Shown here one piece after another: positions 1 through 12,315 of a stretch of 53,156 nt of DNA; within the stretch, counting starts at the first letter, position 1, and each line of letters opens with the position of its first letter. The stretch covers positions 95,052,364-95,105,519 of the forward strand of contig NC_068983.1 in the NCBI RefSeq assembly GCF_001194135.2, read 5' to 3'. Below the pieces are notes generated by a model. The model had not been told where the DNA came from and did no database searches. It saw only the letters and a program-made list of their open reading frames with translations. Both the position numbers and the translations under genes were made by a program. This DNA is from Octopus bimaculoides (Eukaryota).

Positions 1-16
1 ATATATATATATATAT

Positions 17-2765
17 ACGGAAGGCGGAGTGGGCCGTGCTGATCCGGTTCTCCACATCCTTTTCATAGCTGGGTGTCTTCGAAAGAATACTCCCAAGATG
101 TGAGAAGTCTCTTCCGATGGTCGTCCCTTACCGAGGTGGAAGAGCTTGTGAGCTCCAATGGTTCCGAGACCGATGCCGTCTGGAGTCTTAGACTTCTTGT
201 AGGGCTATCCATGGCGGCATGGTCGAGGATGAAGTCACAGACTAAACACGACCAAACACCAACATCAAGACCCCAACAGCGAAGCAAGCAGAGGAGGGTA
301 ATCTCAAGCCGCCAAGGATTGACTCCGGCGGAAGAGGGCAACGCCTGGCTGGCAGGCGTGACAAAGGCGGATAGACTCCGGCAGCTCGCTGCAACCAGCC
401 TCAACAAAGCTGCACGTCTCAATTCTTGAGCCACAGTGGAGAAATTCCTGCCCAAGTGCGTACGCGTGGCCGTCACGCAGCCGCGATCACCTCAAACAAT
501 TTACTCAGCCACTGGCTTCGTCTTTCTACTCTTTGAGTCTCAAAAATGAAGCAGCCCAATGCCGATGGTATCGCGGGCGCCGGATGCAGGTCTGGAAAGC
601 TGGAAACCTCTCGTCCGTGACCACATATTGGCGGCGAATCTTAGATAGTCGCTCTCCAATGAATAGCTGCGACATTAGTGTTCAGTAGCTGACCTCTTTA
701 GGATTACTGCAGCCCACCCCTCAAGGGAGAGACCTAGAAAAGGAGGGGTAAACATCGGGCACGGCAACTCGATCTGGCCAACATACTGCGACTGGCGGAC
801 CTCCCACTCAGCGGTCGGAACACTATTTCTATTCATCCATTATCGACTACTAAATCCTTTGTTTCACAACCTCTCACTTTCAGTGCCTGGAACATCACTC
901 TCCAAGACAAGAGTGACGTTAGTCATCCGGAGCGACGTACAGCCCTCGTCTGCAAGGAACTTGCCCGCTTCAACATCTACGTGGCAGCCTTGAACGAGAT
1001 TAGGCTTCCCGGAGAAGGCAGCATCAGAGAAGCTGGCTCCAAATACACCATTTTTTTTGGAAAAGGAAGAATCCTAACGAACCACACATCCACGGAGCTG
1101 GCCTTGCCATCAAAAGGAAACTCGTAGACCAACAGAGACTCGTCCCAACTGCTGTCAGCGAGTGCCTGATGATTGTTCGGATCCCGCTCATTCGAGACAG
1201 ATTCATTACGCTGATCTCTGTGTACGCCTCTATCCTCACATCTGAAGGCGACGTCAAGGCTTCGTTCTACAACCTGCTGGNNNNNNNNNNNNNNNNNNNN
1301 NNNNNNNNNNNNNNNNNNNNNNNNNNNNNNNNNNNNNNNNNNNNNNNNNNNNNNNNNNNNNNNNNNNNNNNNNNNNNNNNNNNNNNNNNNNNNNNNNNNN
1401 NNNNNNNNNNNNNNNNNNNNNNNNNNNNNNNNNNNNNNNNNNNNNNNNNNNNNNNNNNNNNNNNNNNNNNNNNNNNNNNNNNNNNNNNNNNNNNNNNNNN
1501 NNNNNNNNNNNNNNNNNNNNNNNNNNNNNNNNNNNNNNNNNNNNNNNNNNNNNNNNNNNNNNNNNNNNNNNNNNNNNNCGTTCACTAAAGCAAGTCTCAG
1601 CAAACATCCCTTGCCGACGCTTTGACTGCACCAAACTCCAAAACTCACAGGCATCCCAAGACTTCAGGGAATCGATTCAGAGACACCTGATGGACCTCCC
1701 AGAGCCGACCTCCATTGAGGATCGCTGGACCAGCCTTCGTGAAGCCCTGACCGCTGCCGCCGAGGAGACAATCGGCTTTGCCCAGAAGAAGAACCAAGGC
1801 TGATTTGAAAAGATTGATGAAACCGTCTCCCGTCTTATCGAAGCCAAACTCCGGACGCGCATCGCCTTCGAGAACCATGTCACTGCGGAGAACAAGCGAA
1901 AGCACCAGCAAGCATCAGCGGAATGCCAGCGGGAATTAGAGAAGCTCAGAACACCTGGTGGCAGAGGAAAGTAGAGGAGATGCAAAACTATGGAGACCAA
2001 CAAGACTTGCGCCGCTTTTATGCCGCAACCAAGGAGATCTTCGGCCCCACAAGGTCATCAGCAGCTGGCTCTACGATAACCGACACCCAGGGATTCCTCA
2101 ATCGCTGGAAGTCCCATTTCGAGATCCTACTTAACGACTATTCACGCACTCATGATGGTCTCCTCCGAAACACCCCACAGCTTCCCATCCACCAATGGAT
2201 GTCCCTGCCGGCCTCGCCCCATGAGTTCAACAAGGTGTTCGAGCGCATGAAGCCGGGCCAAGCTCCAAGATCAGACAACATCCCATTTGAATATTTCACG
2301 CACGGAGGTCCGGGGCTGAGAAATCATCTGATGGCCCCCTATCTTCAAGATCTGCAAAGACAAGACCCTCCCAAACGACTTACGCGATGCAACTATCATC
2401 ATCTACAATAAGTGAGACCGAGAGGATTGCAACAACTGTTGGGGCGTCTCACTCATGAGTATTGCAAGCAAGATCTTCGCTTGTATCCTGCTCAATCGCC
2501 TCCTCATCCTCGCGGAAGACGTCCTCCCTGAGTCCCAGTATGGCTTTCGACCCTCTCTAGGCACAATCGACATGATCTTTTGTACCTGCCAGCTTTATGA
2601 GAAGTGTCAAGAACAACAACAGCTTGCAATGTTGTGGGATCTAAAGAAAGCCCCGTTCTGCAATGTCCCCGTTCTGCAATGTGGGCCGTCCTTGTTCGGT
2701 TTTGATGTCCGGAGGATTTCATTGCCCTGACCCGCTCACTTCACGACAACATGGTGGGTAGAGTA
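17..2765 (+). mobile_element. Degenerate RTE-clade LINE: GC-rich 5' region, APE endonuclease and start of RT; ends mid-RT; contains N gap 1281-1578
   Basis: Frameshifted translation gives AWNI..ERRTALVCKELARFNIYVAALNEIRLPGEGSIREAG (APE domain) from ~880 and SIASKIFACILLNRL..LPESQYGFRPSLGTIDMIF (RT N-terminus, ORF 2455-2730); many stops and frameshifts. Confidence 0.85.
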
Positions 2766-3810
2766 TGCCATCAAAATTTCTCACTTCACATCATCAAGAG
2801 CTGCACATAGATTGCATCCACAAACCACTAGCCATAACGCTTCAAAAATACCCCAAACAAAAGTATATAAATATTGGTGTAAGAAATGTATATATATTGG
2901 TGTTCATCTCCTCTGTTGTGTTCAGCATCAGAACCTCGAGATATACAATCGAAGGCTGCACACTGAAGAGAATGCAAAATACTCGTTTTAACAGTTAATT
3001 TCTACAATAAAATGTTACAGTATATAGAATAGTCTTCAGTTATGATATATTTGGAACAACAGATATGTCGATTGCACTAAATGACACCATTATCTACCCA
3101 TGTATCGTAGGTCAGTTCGATCAACAAGAAAATAGTTTTCCTTCATTGTTAGAGCTATTTTCATAATGAATTCTTGTCTCTCATGTGTTTTGTTTATATC
3201 TGTGATATGACTTTTTAAAAAAATTTGAGATTTCATTTGTAATTTCGTCATTTTCAACGTATTTAATGAATGATTGAATATCAAGCAATTGATTGAGAAG
3301 ATGGATTATTGAAGAATCGATAGTCTTTATACTATCAACAGCAGTAACAAGACACTTAAATTCCATCAACCAAGTTCACCTAGACGTTAGAAACAGCAGC
3401 AATTATATAATTCATAATACGCTGATGCAGTCAAGGGTTCTTTAGTTTGCAATACCGAAATTCTCAAAATAAGAACTGCAAAGAATCCTCTGTGTGGGTC
3501 TATAAAATTTGAAAAAAGATTTGTTCGGTTTCCTTGTATAACTCCGTTGTCTTGTTTTTGTTCCCAACTTTGACTCTCCATAAATCCAAAATTTTATTTT
3601 GTTATTTATGGGAGCAACTGTCTTCGAAGACTCATATTGTCGCTGAATGCTCGAAATGAGGAGTAGAGAGACAGCCGACAATTGATGAAGGGTCGTTTTT
3701 TTGTGTTACTTGCTCTGTCTTCCATTTTTTTCTCTCGTTGTTTGCGTATTTAACTCATTTGTTTTCGCATTTCATGTTGTTTACTGTTAGTGACTTCCTG
3801 TACCCTTATA

Positions 3811-3822
3811 TGCACACACACG

Positions 3823-3863
<41 letters not shown>

Positions 3864-3962
3864 TATATTATATATATGTGTGCGTGTGTGTATATACATA
3901 CATACATACATACATACATACATACATACATACATACATACATACGTATATATACATATATA
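3811..3962. repeat. Compound (TA)n/(TACA)n microsatellite just upstream of gene 1 first coding exon
   Basis: Directly visible tandem TA and TACA units. Confidence 0.95.
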
Positions 3963-4000
3963 ATTTCATAACGTATTCCCTTTCTTATCGATTTTCAGAT

Positions 4001-7000
4001 ATGAATAGCTTGTATTTAGCATTCCTCATATTGCTGAGTGCTGTCTATGTGAGTTCAGATTCGGCAGAATTTGTTCAAAATTGTTATGATAAATTGACCG
4101 GTTCCAGCAACCCTGAAAATAAGCAAAGTATCAGTCGGTTGAACTATTGCATTTATAAATTGCAAATCACTAAGCCGTGTTTAAATTGGACATCAAATTC
4201 TTCAAACACTGTATATTCTCAATCACCGTTTGCAGGAAGTAAAGGAGCTATAGATACACCAAAAAGAGTAAGGAAAGAATATAGGTTGCTCAGTGAAAGA
4301 GAAAGAAATGATTTCCATCGTAGTATTCATCTTTTAAAACAAGATACGGTAAGAATATTTTGTGCGTATACGAACATCGTTGGGAGAGAAGTAGACTTAA
4401 CGGGCGTTACTCAAGCGTGCATTTTATTGGCACAATTACACTGTAGTGTGCCTTCTGCTTGGAAATTTTCACTATTACCTTCGGTCATTATAGGACAATT
4501 TGTTCAGCTGTGTGATAAAGTCAAAATAGTGCTATAGAATTTCTTTGTGGTAATCGCATAAACAAAATATATAGAGATATTGAATAATTTGTTCTACTAC
4601 AGGCACAAGGACGGCAATTGTAAGGGAAGGGGAAATTCGATTATATCGACCCCAGTGTTCAACTGGTACTTATTTTATCGACTCCGAAAGGATTAAAGAC
4701 AAAGTCGACCTCGGTGGCATTTAGAATCAGAACTTAGAGCCGGCAGAAATGTCGCTGCATTTTGTGCGACGCACTGATGTTTCTCTTAGTTCGCCGGTTT
4801 TATAATTGTTCCAAACTTTGACTCACGGTCATCTTTCTTTTAAGAGTAGGGGGTCGTCTGTTACATTGAAACCAGTACCTGACTTTACTTTATTTCATCG
4901 ACTCCAAAAAGATGAAAGGCAAAGTATTTGAACTCATAATATGAAGCGGTGGAAGAAATGCACTTTGTTCGACACGCTGCCAATTCTACCAGTTCATCGC
5001 CCTTGGTTTCTGATTAAGGCACAAGTCCAATAATTTCAAAGAAAGGGGATTGTTTGTTACCATCCAATTACTTCATTTCCTCGACTCCGAAAGGGTTGAA
5101 AAATATTTCAAGAGTTATTGCTCTTTCATCAGCACCACATCCACAAAAATAGTTGATGTGAAGGTAAAATATCAAAATCAAAGTAACTACAAAAATACAT
5201 CATATGTAATTTCGAATAAACCTCAACAAACGTTAGTTGCGCCCCAATCATTGTGATTTTTCTTACTGTTTCACTTACAGAGTATGTCACCAAATGTATA
5301 CGATGCGATCGTCTTCCTGCACACTGGTGAAACTGCAAGAAATGCCCATGGTGGACCTTCATTTCTTCTCTGGCACAGAATCTATTTGAAAATGTAAGCA
5401 ATGGATTCAAATATTACCCTAATTTCTTCCACTTCACGAAATACTTTAGAAAGAAATGTTTACTATTATTTAGTTTAAGAGTATTACATCTGAGGACATT
5501 ATGCAGTGCACATAATTTATATTTTGAAGCAAACAATGGACGGATAGGTTGAAATGAGCTATACCACCTAGTTGTATATATTTAATCGAAACAAATTCGA
5601 CCGCTCCGAGCTAGAAATCTCAGAATTCGAGAATCTCAACCGTTGATCCTTGCTTGCCAAGAGACATCAGTATACAAAAATTATATCAAGTCCAGTACTC
5701 GAACATTTTCTAAGAAATATAGTTACTCGCTCGATTAAATATTGGGCGATAAATGTAAATAAGCATTGATATATATTTTCTACGTATTAAATTGAGTTTA
5801 CATTTTTTATTTTAGGATGGAAGATGCACTTCGTGAAAAAGTGCCAGGTGTAACAATTCCATTTTGGGATCCAACTCTTGACAGTTCTCTTTCTAATCCT
5901 CGAGATTCCACTATGTGGTCAGATGAGTTAATGGGAACTATCAATGGTTTCGTCACTAAAGGGCCGTTTGCTAATTGGAAAACACCAGCTGGTATTCTGA
6001 TAAGGAACGGAGGTTTCAGTAGAAGGTTACCGACACGTAGTAACATTGAAGATGTTCTCACTCGAACGAAACTTGAAGAGATCTCTGAACCTAATGCGCA
6101 AGAACAATATAACTTGGAATTCATGCATAATTCTATGCATGTTGCTATTGGAGGTCACATGAGTATGATACCATCATCGCCCATGGACCCAATGTTCTGG
6201 CTAGTCCACAGTTACATAGAACTTGTTTACACGCGTTTCAATGAAAACCAAAGGCAACACAACGTTAATCCTGCAACAGATTATCCTTCGGATTATGGTT
6301 TAAATGTTTATGCCCCTAATCAAAGTATTGGTCTTATGAATTTAACCGTTGCAGAAGCATTAAAAAATACTAGTTCTTACCCTTTTTTTTACAAATATGA
6401 CTATACTTACCTAGGAAACTGTACTCTCAATCCAAATTTATGTAATTCTCCATATTTAACCTGCAATAATGGTAGATGCGAGTCAAAATCTAGAAAATCA
6501 CCAGGTTGCAGTACCGTCATCCCCTATCAGAATACGTTTTGTGTTAACCGTAGATGCGATGTAGATGAATGGGCATTTATTCCGGTCGAAATTATTTACG
6601 AACGACCTTTCGACACGATGAAATTTGGAAATTTCCCGGTGAATCATGGGCTTCCGAATTTACTGAATGATCTGTACGATGATAATCAACCCCTAAATTC
6701 CTCGTCCCGTAACTCTACTGAAAATAATTGTCAAAACAGTAAGTGCTGTAGTCCCGCAGGTAGACTCAACGTTCATACCATGGGTATAAATTATTTTGGA
6801 ACCTATCAAGAAATGGTGATAGTTGACCGTAGATTAGCTGTATCATCGGATATAACCTATGTCGGTATAAGAAACCCCGAGAAAAACCACAGTGTGATTT
6901 TTATCACAGCTTCAGAACAATGTGGAAGAATATGTCGTCCTTCTTGTTTAGTGCCGGGTTCAAATCCATCGAGATACACACCATGTTTGGGCCTATTCAA

Positions 7001-8761
7001 CATAACACGTAACAACGCTACTTTCTACAGTAAAACACTCGCAGAAGCTTACATGAAAGTGTGGGATTATAAAAACCAGATACGACCGAAAGTAAGACAT
7101 GAAAATATTCCAATAGTGTTCCTTTGTGATGACAGCCGGTGGCCATTTAACAACAACACCAATACAACAACAACCACAACATCACCGTCAACAAGGGCAA
7201 CGACTACTACATCGACAACAACAACCACAGCATCATCAACGACAACGTCAACACGTATACAAACAACTGCCAAACTGACTACAACACCACCAACCACAAC
7301 ACCATCTGCTACTACTGCATCTACAACAACACATGTATATTGGCCAAGAAGTAAGTAATAATGGACTTTGTTATTGTCTTTAATTTTTATCTCTTGTTAC
7401 TTGGTTGTGATTAAGCTAGTGCAAATCTTATTAGCCCTTGTGTCTTTGTAAGTGTTGCTTTTTTGTGAGTGGTGTTGATAATAGCCTAATATATACAGTG
7501 ATAGCTTTAGACTATGTTGCTTCCTCTCAAATGAAGACAGGCGTAATCTTATCGGATTTACAGAAACCAATATTTTCATGAAGTTCAAGACAGGAAAATA
7601 TTCGACAATTACATGTCATTACCACTGAATACCAACCACATGGTTCCGGGTTCAGTCCCACTGCGTGGCATCTTGGGCAAGTGTCTTCTACTATAGCCTC
7701 GGGCCGACCAAAGCCTTGTGAGTGGATTTGGTAGACGAAAACTGAAAGAAGCCCGTCGTATATATGTATGTGTGTGTGTATATGTTTGTGAGTCTCTGTT
7801 TGTCCCCACCAACATCGCTTGACAACCGATGCTGGTGTGTTTACGTCCCCGTAACTTAGCCGTTCGGCAACAGGAACCGATAGAATAAGTACTAGGCTTA
7901 CAAAGAATAAGTCCTGAGGTCGATTTGCTCGACTAAAGGCGGTGCTCCAGCATTGCCACAGTCAAATGACTGAAACAAGTAAAGGAGTAAAAGAATAAAG
8001 AGAGACCCAGGGCAAAATACTTAGCAGTATTTCGTCCGTCTTTACGTTCGCAGTTCAAATTCTGCCGAAGCCGATTTTGCCTTTCATCCTTTTGAGGTCG
8101 ACAAAATAAGCACCAGTTGAGCACTGGGGTTGATGTAATTTACTTAACCCCCTTCTCCGAAACTGCCTGCCTACCTCTGTGTGTGTGTGTGTGTGTGTAA
8201 AGCCTACCTAATTATATACATTTAGCTGCTAAAAGATAATTGTTCTGATCATGAGCACAATGAAGCACTGGTCACATACAACACGCCCCGACAAACTCTG
8301 AACATTTTTCCTGGAGTCTATAAGTACTAAAAAAGAGGGAATGTACTTAGGGTCATTCGGAACTTCATATGCGATAAACATGACTACGAAGACAGTATCC
8401 AGTCTATAATCGCCCACTGTTGGTAGGTTTGTTAAACCACTTATGTCATGCAGCTCACAACCCGCCGAACAGACACCAAGACATTTTACTCTGTAATGAA
8501 TCATAAATACTATAGATATGTTACTAAGTTTGTCTTTTCTCCTAATATTTTTGCTTCTATATTGCAGAATGCTACATAAACCAGGAATGTGTCATTGCCA
8601 AAGGATGTAACTGTATATCGATGGACAAACAGCCTTGCTTACAAAAGTGTTCCCATTACGCTTTGTGCATACAGGGCATTTATACAGTGTCTTCGTGTGG
8701 CTACGGTAGAAGGTTTGAGCCGAGTTTAAGAAGATGTATTTCTGGACGTTGTCCATATTAA
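4001..8761 (+). CDS. Tyrosinase-like gene 1 (secreted, ~729 aa): coding exons 4001-4348, 5281-5393, 5816-7350, 8568-8761; signal peptide + CuA/CuB + Cys-rich domain + Thr-rich linker + chitin-binding-like module
   Basis: All introns GT-AG with compatible phases 0/2/1; the spliced CDS is 2190 nt with no internal stop. N-terminus MNSLYLAFLILLSAVYVSS; RKEYR domain start; CuA HTGETARNAHGGPSFLLWHR; CuB LEFMHNSMHVAIGGHM...DPMFWLVH (six His present); last exon has 10 Cys including CSHYALC..CGYGRRF..C. Confidence 0.93.
4597..4800 (-). mobile_element. tRNA-derived SINE (family B) in gene 1 intron
   Basis: Reverse complement matches the GAGTTCAAATTCCGCCGAGGTCGACTTTGCCTTTCATCC...GTACCAGTTG repeat seen intact at 43531-44159. 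Confidence 0.75.
4846..5010 (-). mobile_element. Degenerate family B SINE
   Basis: GATGAAAGGCAAAGT and TTTGAACTCA blocks match family B in reverse. Confidence 0.6.
7631..7993 (+). mobile_element. tRNA-derived SINE (family A) with internal TG microsatellite, in gene 1 last intron
   Basis: B-box-like GGTTCAGTCCC head; body TTGACAACCGATGCTGGTGTGTTTACGTCCCCGTAACTTAGC...CAGTCAAATGACTGAAACAAGTAAA recurs at 13775-13872, 21004-21235 and, reversed, at 24212-24400. Confidence 0.85.
8011..8167 (+). mobile_element. Family B SINE, 5'-truncated, abutting the family A SINE
   Basis: Matches the family B body (AGTTCAAATTCTGCCGAAGCCGATTTTGCCTTTCATCC...GCACTGGGGT). Confidence 0.75.
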
Positions 8762-9084
8762 ATGTAAGGCTACTGCAATATTCCCAACGAAACTACAGAA
8801 GTCGGATTTTCCTCTACGACTGATTTTTGCATGGTAATGTTTGGCGCAGGACATTCTCCAACAGCGTTACATGGATTCATATAGAGCTGAACAGACGAAA
8901 GGATGGATGATGGTGTAGAAGACAGAAATGTATAGATTACTGAATGTTGAGAAAGAAAATTCTATGGGATTCGGTTTGTAGCTTTCAACAGATGCCCATT
9001 GAAGAAGTTTCTGATTTGGTTATTATTTTCCAATTATCTATTTATTTATCACAATAACTTTTTTTATGAAAAATCCTATTTCAA

Positions 9085-9101
9085 AATAAAATCACAATAA
9101 A
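9085..9101 (+). terminator. Candidate polyadenylation signals for gene 1 (two AATAAA)
   Basis: AATAAA at 9085-9090 and 9096-9101, ~325 nt after the stop codon; usage unverified. Confidence 0.4.
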
Positions 9102-10204
9102 CTCATAAAATTTCCTTTGAATCTTTTATTTTCTTATACGGAAGTTGCGAAAATGGTGAAAGCTATTTAGAATTAAATTAAGGTGACGATAATCTATATA
9201 TATTTTTTTTTAATTCTAATTACCTCATAGTGTACATCGCCCATTTCGGAAATTACTAAGCTAATCAGGATTAAAGGGACAAAATATTTAGTTGTCATAA
9301 ACATATGACCGATGTATTATAATCTGTCCATTTCATTGATAAAGATCGATATTATATGCAATGAAGACAATAACTTTAAAATATTGTAAAACACCGTATT
9401 AAATGTATTGAAGTATTTTTGTGTCTCAATATCAAAGTTCCAAAAGCGCTAAAATTGATAACCATTTTTTTCTCCCTATTTTCGTAGATGGTAAAATATG
9501 AGTCAATAATACTTGTACTTAATGAAAATATTTCGATATAGTAAAGCAGCATCGATACGAAGAGGAGGGAGAGAAAGATAAATACAATCAGTTGAGTAAA
9601 AAGGTGATGATGTAAGGAAATGTGGTGCTGAAGTAGATTAACAAAAAGTTACATATATTTTGAGTGGGATATAGTCGATTGAGTCGCAACTGATAAATGA
9701 TTTTACAACAAATCTTCTAGATCGGCTTTCCACCATTTCTGCTTTCAACGCTGAGCCCAAATTCTCCCATGGAAATGTAGAATGCATCCATTTTAGTCGA
9801 TTATCCTTTGAAACATCATATGTCAAGGTTGAAAATTGCATATTCTGCTACTAACTCGTCTTCATATTTTGCCTATAACAAAGGGAAGAGGTTTGTTTTT
9901 AACCAATCAAATCTAAAGACAATTTTATACAAAAAAAAAAAATTTAATAAAAAACGAGAATTAACAAATTTTCTTGCTTGCAACTTGTCACGGAAGGTGC
10001 AGAAGTTCTCATCAAAATATTGCTATAGTACTAATAATACAGTCTATGAATATTCTAGTATATTAATGTGATGATTGTATATTAATATACAAGCATACCA
10101 GTGTCGTCAAAAATGCCGGCAGTTTTATTAATGATAGAAAATGGCACATCAACACAATGGCGAAACGATTGACGAATGTCAACAATATAGTAAATATATG
10201 TACA

Positions 10205-11176
10205 TCTTACTATAATGGACGTTATGTCCGTCTGTCTGTCTGTTCCCTCTTCACGGTCAAACGGCTGGACCAATGGTAAAGATGTTTTTCAGGATTTCGA
10301 AGGAGATAATCAAAAGGGTTTTAGCGAAAAGATGTGAAAAAGTATGATTATTTAGTGGATATTGAGTTTTGCATTAATGAATCACCATTTCTCAGGATTA
10401 CAAAGACGTTCGTCAAGAATGTTTTTAGCATTAAAAAATCAGAAAGTACGATTGTTTCGTGACTATCGATTTTTGAATTGATAAACCACTTTCGCATTTT
10501 TATTAAAAATTCACCGATAGCGAGGTTGGTTAATAGCGAAAATAAAACGGAAAAAGTGCGTGTCAGTATATAGTGTGCGTGATTATTTAGTGGTTATTGA
10601 AGTGTGTCAGTCCCGAGCAGGATTTGAAACAGTTGTTGTTTACATCTCAGTTTTGTTAATCAAAATAACCCATGGTGCCGGAACATCCAGACATTATTCG
10701 CATAGAACAGTGGGAGGTAAGCCCTAGTTTGATTTTTTGCAACCGTAAAGATTCTGCTCGCGCATTCACAGCAAACAGGGCACAGGGCCAGACTTTAGCT
10801 CGTGTAGGTGTATTTTTACCCACTCCGATGTTTATACATGTCGCCATGAGTAGACCAACGGACTCCAGTAATTTGAAAATTAGTGTCGACCAAACAGAAA
10901 ATATCGTCAACAGAGAAGTTTTGTAATCATATTGATATTATCGAAAGGAATATGATTCATAATTTAAATAAGGAAATTTGTCAACTTCGAATGTATAAGA
11001 GTATAAACAAGCGTAAAATAGTGTAAACAACTAAAATAAAAGTATATCTAAATAACAATTTTTTCTTAATACTTTTTATGTAGAGGTCAACAGAAGCTCT
11101 GGCTTTCGTTAGGAATGGTCCACATAACCATTCACGATACAGAGGCTGTCTCCATCGTAGATGGGTAGTTTGCTAG
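10205..11176 (+). mobile_element. Non-autonomous Helitron (972 bp) retaining a PIF1-helicase C-terminal remnant
   Basis: Starts TC after A10204 (TCTTACTATAAT...GTCTGTCTGTCTG...AAACGGCTGGACCAAT); ends with hairpin CCATC-gta-GATGG, 8 nt, then CTAG before T11177. ORF 10672-10926 AFTANRAQGQTLARVGVFLP..VAMSR..TENIVNREVL resembles the Helitron helicase C-terminus. Confidence 0.8.
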
Positions 11177-12243
11177 TATACAGAATTGAAGCACTTGAAG
11201 AATCAGATATAGTTGTAACGTCTCAGTTGAAAATATCGGACACGGACACACAGATACACACAAACACATACATGTACATATACAATATATAGGCATACAT
11301 ACGCACATACACACATGCATAAACACACATGCACCTTCTCCCTTCCTCCTTCATCGTCACCTTTCCCACCACACCCCTACACAATCCAATCCCATCTTCC
11401 CTATCCATCCCATCCCACCCCACCCAATCCTTTACACCCATCCCCACATACCCCACATCTACTTCCACCCTCAGCCCTACCCACNNNNNNNNNNNNNNNN
11501 NNNNNNNNNNNNNNNNNNNNNNNNNNNNNNNNNNNNNNNNNNNNNNNNNNNNNNNNNNNNNNNNNNNNNNNNNNNNNNNNNNNNNNNNNNNNNNNNNNNN
11601 NNNNNNNNNNNNNNNNNNNNNNNNNNNNNNNNNNNNNNNNNNNNNNNNNNNNNNNNNNNNNNNNNNNNNNNNNNNNNNNNNNNNNNNNNNNNNNNNNNNN
11701 NNNNNNNNNNNNNNNNNNNNNNNNNNNNNNNNNNNNNNNNNNNNNNNNNNNNNNNNNNNNNNNNNNNNNNNNNNNNNNNNNNNNNNNNNNNNNNNNNNNN
11801 NNNNNNNNNNNNNNNNNNNNNNNNNNNNNNNNNNNNNNNNNNNNNNNNNNNNNNNNNNNNNNNNNNNNNNNNNNNNNNNNNNNNNNNNNNNNNNNNNNNN
11901 NNNNNNNNNNNNNNNNNNNNNNNNNNNNNNNNNNNNNNNNNNNNNNNNNNNNNNNNNNNNNNNNNNNNNNNNNNNNNNNNNNNNNNNNNNNNNNNNNNNN
12001 NNNNNNNNNNNNNNNNNNNNNNNNNNNNNNNNNNNNNNNNNNNNNNNNNNNNNNNNNNNNNNNNNNNNNNNNNNNNNNNNNNNNNNNNNNNNNNNNNNNN
12101 NNNNNNNNNNNNNNNNNNNNNNNNNNNNNNNNNNNNNNNNNNNNNNNNNNNNNNNNNNNNNNNNNNNNNNNNNNNNNNNNNNNNNNNNNNNNNNNNNNNN
12201 NNNNNNNNNNNNNNNNNNNNNNNNNNNNNNNNNNNNNNNNNNN

Positions 12244-12274
<31 letters not shown>

Positions 12275-12281
12275 ATGTATG

Positions 12282-12315
<34 letters not shown>

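Noticed and set aside
63-476. Overlapping ORFs of 118-137 aa at the window start
   Set aside because: They lie in the GC-rich 5' region of the RTE LINE with no recognisable domain. An HDV-like ribozyme (known at some RTE 5' ends) was looked for, but the P1/P1.1/P3 order could not be fitted.
3610-3740. TTGATGAAGG and CTCGAAAT motifs resembling hammerhead parts
   Set aside because: Order and stems do not assemble into a valid core; probably an old dispersed repeat.
4349-4537. ORF continuation VRIFCAYTN... after LLKQDT
   Set aside because: Read-through into the intron; all three paralogs have a GTAAG donor at this codon boundary.
7067-7297. Val-rich antisense ORFs opposite the Thr linkers (also 30100-30306, 46123-46368)
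   Set aside because: Mirror of ACN codon runs, not independent genes.
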